64,000 nt of DNA from Patescibacteria group bacterium (GTDB lineage Bacteria; Patescibacteriota; Minisyncoccia; UBA6257; GWB1-50-10). Of this stretch, positions 45,265-54,573 are shown piece by piece (within the stretch, counting starts at the first letter, position 1; every line of letters starts with the position of its first letter). The stretch covers positions 9,404 to 73,403 of the forward strand of contig JBFLWN010000007.1 in NCBI GenBank assembly GCA_040757555.1, given 5' to 3'. Under the pieces are notes generated by a model that was not told where the DNA came from, made no database searches, and saw only the letters and a program-made list of their open reading frames with translations. The translations under genes and the position numbers were made by a program.

Positions 45265-47787
45265 ATGTTTTCATTTTTATCACATATAGGAGAGAAAAAA
45301 ATTATAAAGCGCCTTGAAGGTATTACGTCGCTTGTTTTGACATTTGAAGATGAATTAAAAAATCTTTCTTCAGAAGAATTAAAAAACAAAACAAAGGGAT
45401 TAAAAGAACGATTACAATCCGGAGAATTAGATGAACATATTCTTCCGGAGGCATTTGCACTTGTGCGAGAAGCAAGTCGGCGAACATTACAAAAGCGCCA
45501 CTTTGATGTGCAAATTATGGGAGGAGTAATTCTCCATGAGGGAAAAATTGCCGAGATGAGAACCGGAGAAGGAAAGACGCTTGTGGCAACACTTCCTGCA
45601 TACTTGAACGCGCTTTCCGAGAAGGGAGTGCATATCGTTACGGTGAATGATTATTTGGCAAAACGCGATACGGTATGGATGGGACAAATTCATCATGCGC
45701 TTGGACTCACGGTTTCTTGTATTGTGCACGATGGTGCATATATGTACGATCCAGAATTTAAGGGAAGTAGTGAAGAGCAGGTTCCAGAGAGTTCACTTGA
45801 TCGTGAGCGTGACATCGTTGGTGGTTTTAAAGTGGTAGAAGAATTTTTGCGTCCGATTTCACGGAAAGATGCGTATCTCGCGGATATTACCTACGGAACA
45901 AATCATGAATTTGGATTCGATTATCTCCGCGATAATTTGGTGATGCGAACGGAGGATAGGGTACAGCGTCCGTATTATTATGCAATTATCGATGAGGTTG
46001 ACAGTATTTTAATCGACGAGGCACGAACCCCGCTTATTATTGCATCGCCCGATCAAGCATCGAGTGACTATTACAAAATGTTTGCTCGTGTCGCAGAACG
46101 TTTGGAAAAAGACAAGGATTATATTGTTGACGAAAAACTTCGTTCGGTAAATGCGACAGAAGAAGGAATCGAAAAGGTGGAAAAAATAATTGGGGTTTCG
46201 AACATCTTCGATCCGGAACACTCGCGTCTTGTGCATTTTTTCCAGGAAAGTTTGCGTGCAAAATCGCTTTTTTTCCGCGATCGCGATTATGTGGTCCGAG
46301 ATGGGGAAATTATTATCGTTGATGAATTTACCGGGCGCATGCTTCAAGGAAGGAGATATTCCGGAGGATTACATCAAGCGATTGAGGCAAAAGAAAATGT
46401 GTTGGTAAAAGAGGAAAATCGAACGTACGCACAAATTACCATTCAAAACTATTTCAGGCTTTATAAAAAAATCTCTGGGATGACGGGAACCGCACAAACT
46501 TCCGCGGAAGAATTTCATACTGTATATGGACTTGATGTGGTGAGTATCCCGACCAATAAACCAATGATCCGCGAGGATTTTGAGGATAGAATTTATAAAA
46601 CAAAAGAAGCAAAGTATCGGGCAATTGCGGAGGAAGTGAAAGAGCGGCATAAAAAAGGACAACCGGTGCTTTTGGGGACTACCTCAATCAGCAATAACGA
46701 AACACTTTCTTCATATTTATCATCTGCTGGGGTTCCTCACGAAACATTAAATGCAAAAAATAATGAACGTGAAGGATCAATTATTGCGCAGGCAGGAAAA
46801 TTTGGTGCGGTGACTGTAGCGACAAATATGGCGGGACGCGGGGTTGATATTATTCTTGGGGGAAATCCTCCGGTCGCAGAGGAGATGGAAAAAGTGAAAG
46901 CGCTTGGCGGACTTCATGTGATTGGCACCGAACGACATGATGCACGACGTATTGATAATCAACTTCGGGGACGTGCCGGAAGACAGGGAGATCATGGATC
47001 ATCACAGTTTTTCCTTTCGTTGGAGGATGATTTGGTGCGTATTTTCGGAGGTGAACGAATTTCGCGGCTCATGGCAACACTTAATTTTCCGGAAGATGTG
47101 CCAATAGAATCAGGAATGATTTCGAAAGCAGTAAACCAGGCACAACAAAAGGTGGAGGGGGCAAATTTTGATATGAGAAAACACCTCCTCGAATTCGATG
47201 ATGTGTTGAATAAACAACGGAGCGCAATTTATACAAAACGAAATGCATATCTTGAACTTGGAGAGAAGAATGAAATACGGAATACCGTGTGGGATATTCT
47301 TTCAAAATTTCACGTAAATGCGCGTGAAGAGTTGATACGCGAGGCGGAATATAATCCATCCGAATCACTCGATCAGAAGCTGAATGAACTCGACGAAAAA
47401 CTGAAAAAGGTTCCCGAAACACTCGAACCGGAACGCGCGCTTATTATTGGACAACATTTTGTGCGTATTATGGACACATTATGGGTGGAACACTTGGAAA
47501 ATCTTGAAGGACTTCGCGATTCGGTGAATATTCGCGCATATGCCCAGCATGAACCACTTGTTGAATATCGACGTGAAGCACATATATTATTTCAAGCACT
47601 CAACAAAAATTTTGAAGCACTTGTGTGGAATACCATATTTCCGATTTTTGATTTTGATTTGAAACAGATAAAAACAGAAGAACCAAAGATGAAAAATCCA
47701 CTTCCTTCGAATACAAAGGAAGTTGGACGCAATGATCCTTGTTGGTGCGGGAGCGGAAAGAAGTTTAAGAGGTGTCATGGAAAATAA
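45265..47787 (+). CDS. secA: Preprotein translocase ATPase SecA
   Basis: 840 aa; DEAD-like motor motifs; C-terminal SEC-C zinc motif CWCGSGKKFKRCHG. Confidence 0.95.
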   Translation: MFSFLSHIGEKKIIKRLEGITSLVLTFEDELKNLSSEELKNKTKGLKERLQSGELDEHILPEAFALVREASRRTLQKRHFDVQIMGGVILHEGKIAEMRTGEGKTLVATLPAYLNALSEKGVHIVTVNDYLAKRDTVWMGQIHHALGLTVSCIVHDGAYMYDPEFKGSSEEQVPESSLDRERDIVGGFKVVEEFLRPISRKDAYLADITYGTNHEFGFDYLRDNLVMRTEDRVQRPYYYAIIDEVDSILIDEARTPLIIASPDQASSDYYKMFARVAERLEKDKDYIVDEKLRSVNATEEGIEKVEKIIGVSNIFDPEHSRLVHFFQESLRAKSLFFRDRDYVVRDGEIIIVDEFTGRMLQGRRYSGGLHQAIEAKENVLVKEENRTYAQITIQNYFRLYKKISGMTGTAQTSAEEFHTVYGLDVVSIPTNKPMIREDFEDRIYKTKEAKYRAIAEEVKERHKKGQPVLLGTTSISNNETLSSYLSSAGVPHETLNAKNNEREGSIIAQAGKFGAVTVATNMAGRGVDIILGGNPPVAEEMEKVKALGGLHVIGTERHDARRIDNQLRGRAGRQGDHGSSQFFLSLEDDLVRIFGGERISRLMATLNFPEDVPIESGMISKAVNQAQQKVEGANFDMRKHLLEFDDVLNKQRSAIYTKRNAYLELGEKNEIRNTVWDILSKFHVNAREELIREAEYNPSESLDQKLNELDEKLKKVPETLEPERALIIGQHFVRIMDTLWVEHLENLEGLRDSVNIRAYAQHEPLVEYRREAHILFQALNKNFEALVWNTIFPIFDFDLKQIKTEEPKMKNPLPSNTKEVGRNDPCWCGSGKKFKRCHGK

Positions 47788-47792
47788 TAAAT

Positions 47793-48482
47793 ATGATCGA
47801 AAGCTCGACATATAAACCAGAAAAAGAATTGGAGCCAAAAATAATAATAGAGGCTGATTATAACAATTTTCTCCCAGATGAATTCAAACATGACCCATTT
47901 GGTTATTTTGAGAGAAATGGTCAGAATATAAAATCTGGAGAAGTGAAACTGGATGAGATGGGGGTAATAAAGGAAGATCCTACGGCAGTAAAAAAATTAC
48001 CGGCGTGGATGGATGAAAAGGGAGATAAATTGGAAATTATCGGGAAAAAAGTGAATATGGAAAAAGGAAAAGTTGGAGAATCCGGTGATCCGTTTTATGA
48101 GTACAAAATTATAAAGATTGTGAATAACATTGGATTACCAGCCCCAAAACCAGTTGCTCAAATAGAGCAAAATGATACACATTTATTTCTTATGGAAAAA
48201 ATAGGAGGTATCGGTTGGAACGAGGGTAGTATGGCAGAGTTAGTGGAGAAGGGGTTCAGTAATGAGGATATACAGATTTTAATACAACGAGGAGAAGAAC
48301 AGATGAATGAATTGAAGAAACGCTTCGAAGAAGTGGGGATAATAAGAAGTTGGAAACTAAAAGATATGATTTTCGATATTGATTTTAAAAACAAAAAAAT
48401 TAATAAAATTACCCCAACTGATTGGGAAAGAACGAAAATTGACCATGAAAGATTGGAAAAATATAAAAATAAGAGACAGTAA
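47793..48482 (+). CDS. Hypothetical protein
   Basis: No recognisable motif; start trimmed to the ATG after the secA stop. Confidence 0.35.
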   Translation: MIESSTYKPEKELEPKIIIEADYNNFLPDEFKHDPFGYFERNGQNIKSGEVKLDEMGVIKEDPTAVKKLPAWMDEKGDKLEIIGKKVNMEKGKVGESGDPFYEYKIIKIVNNIGLPAPKPVAQIEQNDTHLFLMEKIGGIGWNEGSMAELVEKGFSNEDIQILIQRGEEQMNELKKRFEEVGIIRSWKLKDMIFDIDFKNKKINKITPTDWERTKIDHERLEKYKNKRQ

Positions 48483-49146
48483 CGAACCACTTGTTGATAT
48501 AAAAAAATATTGTCCTGGGATAAAAATTAATCTTGGGAAGGAACGGATGAAAGTTGAAAGAACTGCATACCTTCGGAAAACCGTTGCGGAAATGTTGCGG
48601 ACCGCTCAAAAAAATTTGCCAAAGGGCATGAATTTCATTATCAACGACGCATGGCGTCCGCAATATATACAGGCGGAAATTTATTTTAATTTCATCAAAC
48701 GTTTTCAAAAAATGCATCCGAAGTGGACAAAAGAAAGGGTTGTGAAAGAAGTGGAAGAATATGTAGCGGATTGGAGGGGTATTGCCTCATCAGGGCACAT
48801 GAGCGGGGGAGCGGTGGATATTCGATTGGTGGATAAGTATGGGCACAAGATTCCGATGAAAAAGAGAGGACTAACTTATCAACAAAACGCGCTTTCGGAT
48901 CAAAAATTATTGCTGGCGTATATCCGCAAGAATAGAGAAATTATGTTTTCCGCACTGCGTGGAGCTGGACTTTCGAATTATCCAAAGGAATATTGGCATT
49001 GGTCATACGGCGACTATCAGTGGGCGAAACGGAATGGAAAGAAAACAGCAATCTACGGTACAATTTCAGATGTAAAAGGATTATATTCAAAAAAAATGTG
49101 TCCCTGCGGACAAAATAAGAAATTTATTACGTGCCATGAAAAATAA
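48445..49146 (+). CDS. LAS/M15-family zinc D-Ala-D-Ala peptidase (VanX-like) with C-terminal SEC-C motif
   Basis: SGHMSGGAVDIRLVD (SxHxxGxAxD) and C-terminal CPCGQNKKFITCHEK. Start uncertain: internal Met chosen, track start is 48379. Confidence 0.5.
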   Translation: MKDWKNIKIRDSNEPLVDIKKYCPGIKINLGKERMKVERTAYLRKTVAEMLRTAQKNLPKGMNFIINDAWRPQYIQAEIYFNFIKRFQKMHPKWTKERVVKEVEEYVADWRGIASSGHMSGGAVDIRLVDKYGHKIPMKKRGLTYQQNALSDQKLLLAYIRKNREIMFSALRGAGLSNYPKEYWHWSYGDYQWAKRNGKKTAIYGTISDVKGLYSKKMCPCGQNKKFITCHEK

Positions 49147-50098
49147 ATCGATATTACTTGCATTTTTTATTCTCGTTCTGGGAATAGTTTTTTACTGGCA
49201 GTTTTTGAGTGCGCCGGGGAGTGGAGAGAGTGAACGCTTTATTGTTCCATTACATACTGGAACGCAGGTTGTGGCAGAAAAACTGAAAGATGAAGGATTT
49301 ATACGAAACACCATTGGCTTCGATGTGGCACTTTATTTGCGAGGAAATATTTCTATTGAACCAGGAGGATATAAAATCTCAAAAGGAATGAATGCGTGGG
49401 AAGTTATTTCTGTGTTGAGGGGCAGTCCATATATGAAGTGGGTCACAATTCCCGAAGGACTTCGGAAGGAAGAAATTGCGGATATCTTAAGCGAGACACT
49501 TGAATGGAGTGAAAACCAGAAAGATGGGTGGATTCAGAAAGACACCACAAAAAATCCGGATTTTTTTGAGGGGGTATATTTTCCCGATACTTATTTGATT
49601 CCGAAAGATGAAACCCCAGAAAAAGTTGCGGAGCGAATGCAAAATAAATTTCAAGAAAAATTCGCCGAATTCGCAAAAGAAGCGACACAGCAAAATATAA
49701 AATGGACAACGCTTTTGAAGATTGCCTCGATTGTACAGCGCGAAGCGGCAGGGAGGAGTGACATGCCGCTTATCGCAGGAATTTTGTGGAACCGGTTGCT
49801 TCAGGATACAAAATTGGAAATTGATGCGACGGTACAATATATTCGCGGAAACACAGAAAAGGGATGGTGGGCGCCAATAAAAGTTTCCGACAAACAAATT
49901 GATTCAAAATACAACACGTATAAATACAAAGGATTACCGCCACATCCGATTTCAAATCCCGGAATCACTGCGATCCGCGCGGTACTTTTTCCCGAAGAAA
50001 CGAAATGTTTGTTTTATCTCCATGATAATAGCGGGCAAATCCATTGTGCTAAGACATACGATGAACATAAAGTGAATATAGAGAAGTATTTACGATAG
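49136..50098 (+). CDS. mltG: Endolytic murein transglycosylase MltG (YceG-like)
   Basis: N-terminal TM, YceG-like fold and the conserved IASIVQREA motif. Confidence 0.65.
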   Translation: MKNKSILLAFFILVLGIVFYWQFLSAPGSGESERFIVPLHTGTQVVAEKLKDEGFIRNTIGFDVALYLRGNISIEPGGYKISKGMNAWEVISVLRGSPYMKWVTIPEGLRKEEIADILSETLEWSENQKDGWIQKDTTKNPDFFEGVYFPDTYLIPKDETPEKVAERMQNKFQEKFAEFAKEATQQNIKWTTLLKIASIVQREAAGRSDMPLIAGILWNRLLQDTKLEIDATVQYIRGNTEKGWWAPIKVSDKQIDSKYNTYKYKGLPPHPISNPGITAIRAVLFPEETKCLFYLHDNSGQIHCAKTYDEHKVNIEKYLR

Positions 50099-50100
50099 GA

Positions 50101-50129
50101 TTGACGTTTTAGGGGAGAAGAGGTATAAA
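50101..50129 (+). promoter_or_regulatory. Promoter-like TTGACG-17-TATAAA
   Basis: Hexamers with a 17-nt spacer, upstream of two SD-bearing small ORFs. Confidence 0.35.
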
Positions 50130-50175
50130 GAGTACCTGCACTAATTTAATAACAATAAATAAAGGAGAGACCATT

Positions 50176-50346
50176 ATGGCAAAGAAATGTCGCTGTGATG
50201 ATGGACAAAAAGGTATGAAAAGAGTGGAGACGCTTTCCACTAAAAATGGATCGGTTCAGAAGATAAATCACAGAACCATCCGTATCGGAAGAAGTTGGTA
50301 TTCTTATTTTCTAAATAACAAAATGAGCTTTGCTCACATACGGTAA
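50176..50346 (+). CDS. Small basic hypothetical protein (56 aa)
   Basis: Strong SD AAAGGAGAGA 8 nt upstream of the ATG; below the ORF-track cutoff. Confidence 0.25.
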   Translation: MAKKCRCDDGQKGMKRVETLSTKNGSVQKINHRTIRIGRSWYSYFLNNKMSFAHIR

Positions 50347-50358
50347 AAAGGAGAAGAT

Positions 50359-50586
50359 ATGAAAACCAGATTTGTTCTCAGTGGTGGAAGGACAATAGAG
50401 GCGGTAAGAGATGGAAGTCATGTTCTCGTTATATTGAAAAAAGGAACAAAAGAAAAGAAACAGAAATTTCCGGCGAAAGTGAATACAGTTGTTGAATTTT
50501 TCGAGGAGGACGGAAGCGTGCGTATTACACTTAGGCCTCCCCGAGGAAAAACAAAGATGGAATTGATGAATTTTAATTTGTTATAA
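50359..50586 (+). CDS. Small hypothetical protein (75 aa)
   Basis: SD AAGGAG 6 nt upstream of the ATG; followed by a strong terminator. Confidence 0.35.
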   Translation: MKTRFVLSGGRTIEAVRDGSHVLVILKKGTKEKKQKFPAKVNTVVEFFEEDGSVRITLRPPRGKTKMELMNFNLL

Positions 50587-50596
50587 ATAATATTTA

Positions 50597-50628
50597 AAAG
50601 CCCCAGAATATACGGGGCTTTTTCTTTT
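50597..50628 (+). terminator. Intrinsic terminator
   Basis: gcccc-agaatatac-ggggc followed by tttttctttt. Confidence 0.65.
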
Positions 50629-50650
50629 ATTTTGCTTTATACTTATACAT

Positions 50651-51328
50651 ATGAAACAAGTGTTTCTTTTTAAAAAAAGAGATAAGCGAAATCAGTCGGG
50701 GCAACTTCTCCTTGAACTTCTTGTTGCGGTCGCGGCAGCGGCGATTATTGTTACGCTTGGTGCACAAACGACATATGTGAGTATTCGTGGAAACAAGGTT
50801 GCAGGAGACAAGAATATTGCGCTTGGATTAGCTCAGGAAACGCTTACTGCGGTTGATGGTGTGGCGACCGAAAAATGGCAGAACGTGTATGATCTCACGA
50901 AAGGAAGCGCGCAATATTACACCGCAACCTCTTCGGGAAAATGGGTAATTGCATCAGGGACACAGGATTATATATTGAACAATGTAATATATACGCGTTC
51001 ATTTACGATTCAAAATGTGTGTCGGTCAACATCAACGCGGGCAATTACGGGGATTACCGACACAAGCGGGGGTGCGACGACATGTTCTACAAATACCGGA
51101 TCACATGATCCGTCGACACAAAAAATAAATATCACCATAAGTTGGCCGGAAGCCGATCCACTCACGGAGTCTGCATATATTACCCGGTGGAGGAATAAGG
51201 TATTTACACAGACACAATGGTCAACTATGAGCGAGGGACCCGCCACTTCATCCGCTTCATTATTTTATTCGACAACCACCAATGTGACGGGCACTTCATC
51301 ACTCCAAATATGTTCGGGGGGATGTTAA
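50651..51328 (+). CDS. Type IV pilin / pseudopilin (prepilin-type N-terminal domain)
   Basis: KRNQSGQLLLELLVAVAAAAIIVTLG resembles the class III signal and N-methylation site; Thr/Ser-rich globular domain. Confidence 0.55.
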   Translation: MKQVFLFKKRDKRNQSGQLLLELLVAVAAAAIIVTLGAQTTYVSIRGNKVAGDKNIALGLAQETLTAVDGVATEKWQNVYDLTKGSAQYYTATSSGKWVIASGTQDYILNNVIYTRSFTIQNVCRSTSTRAITGITDTSGGATTCSTNTGSHDPSTQKINITISWPEADPLTESAYITRWRNKVFTQTQWSTMSEGPATSSASLFYSTTTNVTGTSSLQICSGGC

Positions 51329-51338
51329 ACTTATTTAT

Positions 51339-51965
51339 ATGATTACCTCAAAATCACCATCAAATGCAAATATTGTTTTTCTTTTTGATAAAACAAAATT
51401 TTTTGTTCCGGAAAATAGTGTGTTTGGATCGTTGTATTCCGGCGTTGAAGCGGCGGGAGCACGATTTCTTGATGATCCGATTATTCACGCAAAAGTGCTT
51501 ACCCTCCCCAATATTCAGACACGTATTACCCTTGAAGAAAATCGTTTGCGCATTGATGATGATTCAGGAAAAAATCCCGAGGAATCACGTGTGTGTGAAG
51601 ACGCATTTAAAGCAAGAGAGAAACTATTTCCTTCATCTTCCCTTGAGGCGTTTGGATTCAATTTTGACATTCAGTATCGGTTTTCCAATGTGATTCCACT
51701 TAATGATTTTTTCGAGAAGATATTCAATCCGAAAATATACGGAGAAAAAGATTTAAGAGATTTTGGGTTTCAATGTACACTCAATAATTCAAAAAAGGGA
51801 TATACCGATACATTTTTTTTCAAAATTGTTTCTCCCCTTGAGCTCTCAGTACATTTAAATAGACACTTTTCATCAAAAGAAATACCAAAAGAGAAAAAAA
51901 TAAAGGAACTTTTTCTCGCTTGTTATGAAGATGTTGATAGTATGGTTTTGAGTATAAAAATTTAG
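51339..51965 (+). CDS. Hypothetical protein
   Basis: 208 aa, no motif; lies within the pilin cluster. Confidence 0.4.
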   Translation: MITSKSPSNANIVFLFDKTKFFVPENSVFGSLYSGVEAAGARFLDDPIIHAKVLTLPNIQTRITLEENRLRIDDDSGKNPEESRVCEDAFKAREKLFPSSSLEAFGFNFDIQYRFSNVIPLNDFFEKIFNPKIYGEKDLRDFGFQCTLNNSKKGYTDTFFFKIVSPLELSVHLNRHFSSKEIPKEKKIKELFLACYEDVDSMVLSIKI

Positions 51966-52005
51966 CTTTTTTCATTACACAGTATCGCGTATAATATAAA
52001 GAGAT

Positions 52006-52914
52006 ATGTCATTTACCCAAGAGGGAGTGAAATTTGAACAGAGGAGATATCACAAAAACACGTTTATGGGCGTGTGTAAAAGGGTGTTTGAGAAGATACT
52101 TTCGGTCCTCTTTTTTCTTTTTCTTGCGAATATTGTGCTTTTTCCGGTACGTACTGAGGCGGTTACTGGTGTTTCGGATATCCTTTCCTATCAAGGGCGC
52201 CTCACCGATTCAAGTGGGAATCCATTAGGGGGATCGGGAACTAATTATTGTATTCGATTTGGTATTTATGATGCGGCGAGTGGGGGAAGTAAATTATGGC
52301 CTACAGGAACTCCTTCAACAAATACCATAAACGTAGTGAATGGGGTGTTCAATGTAGGGATTGGGGAGGTAGACGATTTGAGCACCTATAATTTTTATGA
52401 CAATGACACGGTATATTTAAATGTTGATGTTGCATCGCAAGTCACGGGAAGTTGCACGGGGGTTTCGTGGGAAACACTTGCACCGCGTCAGCGACTTGAT
52501 GCAGTTGCTTACGCACGTGTCGCGCGCGATGTGTATGGAAGTTTACTTCGTACGGATAACGCAAATTCAAAAGTGCAAATTGGAACGGGTGCGGGGGGAG
52601 TGAGTCCCATACTTTTCAATCTCGATGTAAAAAATGTTGCGGACACAATTGGTGGGTCATGTTCGGTGAATGGTACGGTGTGGTACAACTCATCACAGAG
52701 TCGAGCACTTGTATGTGAAAATAGTTTGATTCAAACCCTAAGTAATCCGCAGGCGATTGTGTCGGGGATAAAAGAACAATCGTCGGGAAGTACCATCACG
52801 TCGGGTACAGTAAATTTTTCCGGAAGTAATAGGATCACAGTAAGTCAGACAGGACAAACAATTCAATTTTCTGTAGCAAATGGAGTGAATGCGTTGGGTA
52901 TTTCAAATATATGA
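52006..52914 (+). CDS. Hypothetical secreted/anchored Ser-Thr-Gly-rich protein (possible pilus-associated adhesin)
   Basis: Signal-anchor ILSVLFFLFLANIVLFPV followed by low-complexity S/T/G-rich sequence. Confidence 0.4.
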   Translation: MSFTQEGVKFEQRRYHKNTFMGVCKRVFEKILSVLFFLFLANIVLFPVRTEAVTGVSDILSYQGRLTDSSGNPLGGSGTNYCIRFGIYDAASGGSKLWPTGTPSTNTINVVNGVFNVGIGEVDDLSTYNFYDNDTVYLNVDVASQVTGSCTGVSWETLAPRQRLDAVAYARVARDVYGSLLRTDNANSKVQIGTGAGGVSPILFNLDVKNVADTIGGSCSVNGTVWYNSSQSRALVCENSLIQTLSNPQAIVSGIKEQSSGSTITSGTVNFSGSNRITVSQTGQTIQFSVANGVNALGISNI

Positions 52915-53053
52915 AGAAGAAATTGACAATGCATTGAAGGATGTAAGTACACTTATTGAACCAGTTCTTTTGCTTGTTATGGGACTTATTGTGGGAACCA
53001 TCGCGATTTCGATTCTTCTTCCTATTTATCGTCTTGTCGGTAATTTTGTGTAA
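52889..53053 (+). pseudogene. Remnant of the PilC/GspF C-terminus (type II secretion system F domain), 54 codons
   Basis: Translation EEIDNALKDVSTLIEPVLLLVMGLIVGTIAISILLPIYRLVGNFV matches the conserved C-terminal end of PilC/GspF; no upstream remainder of the gene. Confidence 0.45.
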
Positions 53054-53056
53054 GTT

Positions 53057-53527
53057 ATGTATATAAAAGAACGAAATGATGCGGGACTTTCCCTTCTTGA
53101 GGTACTTATTGTTATTGGGATATTAGGCATTATTACCGCTGTTGGATCTGGTATTTTTAAAGAATTCGTAAAAAATACGGAAATTGATTCAGTAAAAAAC
53201 AAAATTATCTTTGATCTAAAACAAGCACAAGGAAAGGCAATGGCGGGAGATTCCGGATTGGTGTGGGGAGTATATTTTGTGAACTCCACGGATGATTATT
53301 ATCAGATTTTTTCTACCCCGACCAATTATGCAAGCGCTTCGACAACCATACAGGAATCATATTACCTCCCGGGGCAAATTTATTTTTCGGCCCCAACTTC
53401 AACGCCGGTTGAGGTTTTGTTTCAGAAAATACGCGGTACGGTAAGTGGAACTTCGACAATTATACTTGTTTCTTCGAGCACCCCTACTTCCACTATTATT
53501 GTTGCGCCCTCGGGTCTCATTTACTGA
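53057..53527 (+). CDS. Type IV pilin / pseudopilin
   Basis: DAGLSLLEVLIVIGILGIITAV prepilin cleavage/methylation motif. Confidence 0.6.
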   Translation: MYIKERNDAGLSLLEVLIVIGILGIITAVGSGIFKEFVKNTEIDSVKNKIIFDLKQAQGKAMAGDSGLVWGVYFVNSTDDYYQIFSTPTNYASASTTIQESYYLPGQIYFSAPTSTPVEVLFQKIRGTVSGTSTIILVSSSTPTSTIIVAPSGLIY

Positions 53528-53568
53528 TGGAATAGGTGTTTTAGTGTTTTTGGGATATAATTGAATAT

Positions 53569-54573
53569 ATGGTTGATGTACTTACTATTGGCACCGCAAC
53601 ACAAGATGTGTTTTTGCGGAGTAATCTTTTTAAGGTCCTTCGGGATCCCGAGCATTTGGAAAAAATGGGGTTCAAAACCGGTGAGGCCGAATGTTTTGCG
53701 TTTGGAGCAAAACTTGAAGTTCAGAGACCAATTTTTGCGTCAGGGGGAGGTGCACATAATGCTGCAGTAACGTTTGCTCGGCAAGGACTTAAAACTGCTG
53801 CAATTTGTAAAATTGGAGATGACCCCGTTGGGGATAGAATTATTGATTCTCTTAAAAAAGAACGTGTTACTCCGATTATTATTCGCGATAAAACTATTGG
53901 GACTGGATATTCAACCATCCTTCTTGCTCCAAGTGGAGAACGAACGATTCTTGTATATCATGGTGCGTCAAGTGCTTTTAAGAAAAACGATATTCCTTCT
54001 TCAAAACTTTCTTCACGGTGGGCATATATTGCACCCGGTGCAACCGCTTTTCCTGTATTATTTTCGGCACTCAGTATTTTAAAAAAAAGAAATACAAAAA
54101 TTGCAATCAACCCCTCCCGTTTTTATCTTGATATGAAAAAATCAGATCTTCATAAAATTCTTGAATTATCTGATGTGGTGATTGTAAACCGCGAAGAGGC
54201 GGCATACATTACCGATATGAAATATACCGATGAGAAAGGAATATTCAGAAAATTTGATGAGTTAGTTGATGGAATTGCTGTGGTTACCGATGGGCGACGC
54301 GGGGCGATTGTATCAGATGGTTCATATATGTATCGTGCAGGAGTTTTTGAAGAAAAGGTTCTTATGGATAGAACAGGAGCGGGGGACGCGTTCGGGTCCG
54401 GGTTTATTGCGGGACTTATTGAAAAAAACGATATTCATTTTGCGCTTCGTCTTGCGGCGGCAAATGCGACATCAGTGGTTGAACACATTGGTGCAACCGA
54501 AGGGATTCTCACAAAGAAAGATTTTCTGAAAAAACGTTGGGGATTTCTTAATTTGGATGTGGAGAACGTCTAA
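53569..54573 (+). CDS. PfkB-family carbohydrate kinase (ribokinase-like)
   Basis: N-terminal VLTIGTATQD, GGGAHNAA and the C-terminal DRTGAGDAFGSGF signature. Confidence 0.8.
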   Translation: MVDVLTIGTATQDVFLRSNLFKVLRDPEHLEKMGFKTGEAECFAFGAKLEVQRPIFASGGGAHNAAVTFARQGLKTAAICKIGDDPVGDRIIDSLKKERVTPIIIRDKTIGTGYSTILLAPSGERTILVYHGASSAFKKNDIPSSKLSSRWAYIAPGATAFPVLFSALSILKKRNTKIAINPSRFYLDMKKSDLHKILELSDVVIVNREEAAYITDMKYTDEKGIFRKFDELVDGIAVVTDGRRGAIVSDGSYMYRAGVFEEKVLMDRTGAGDAFGSGFIAGLIEKNDIHFALRLAAANATSVVEHIGATEGILTKKDFLKKRWGFLNLDVENV

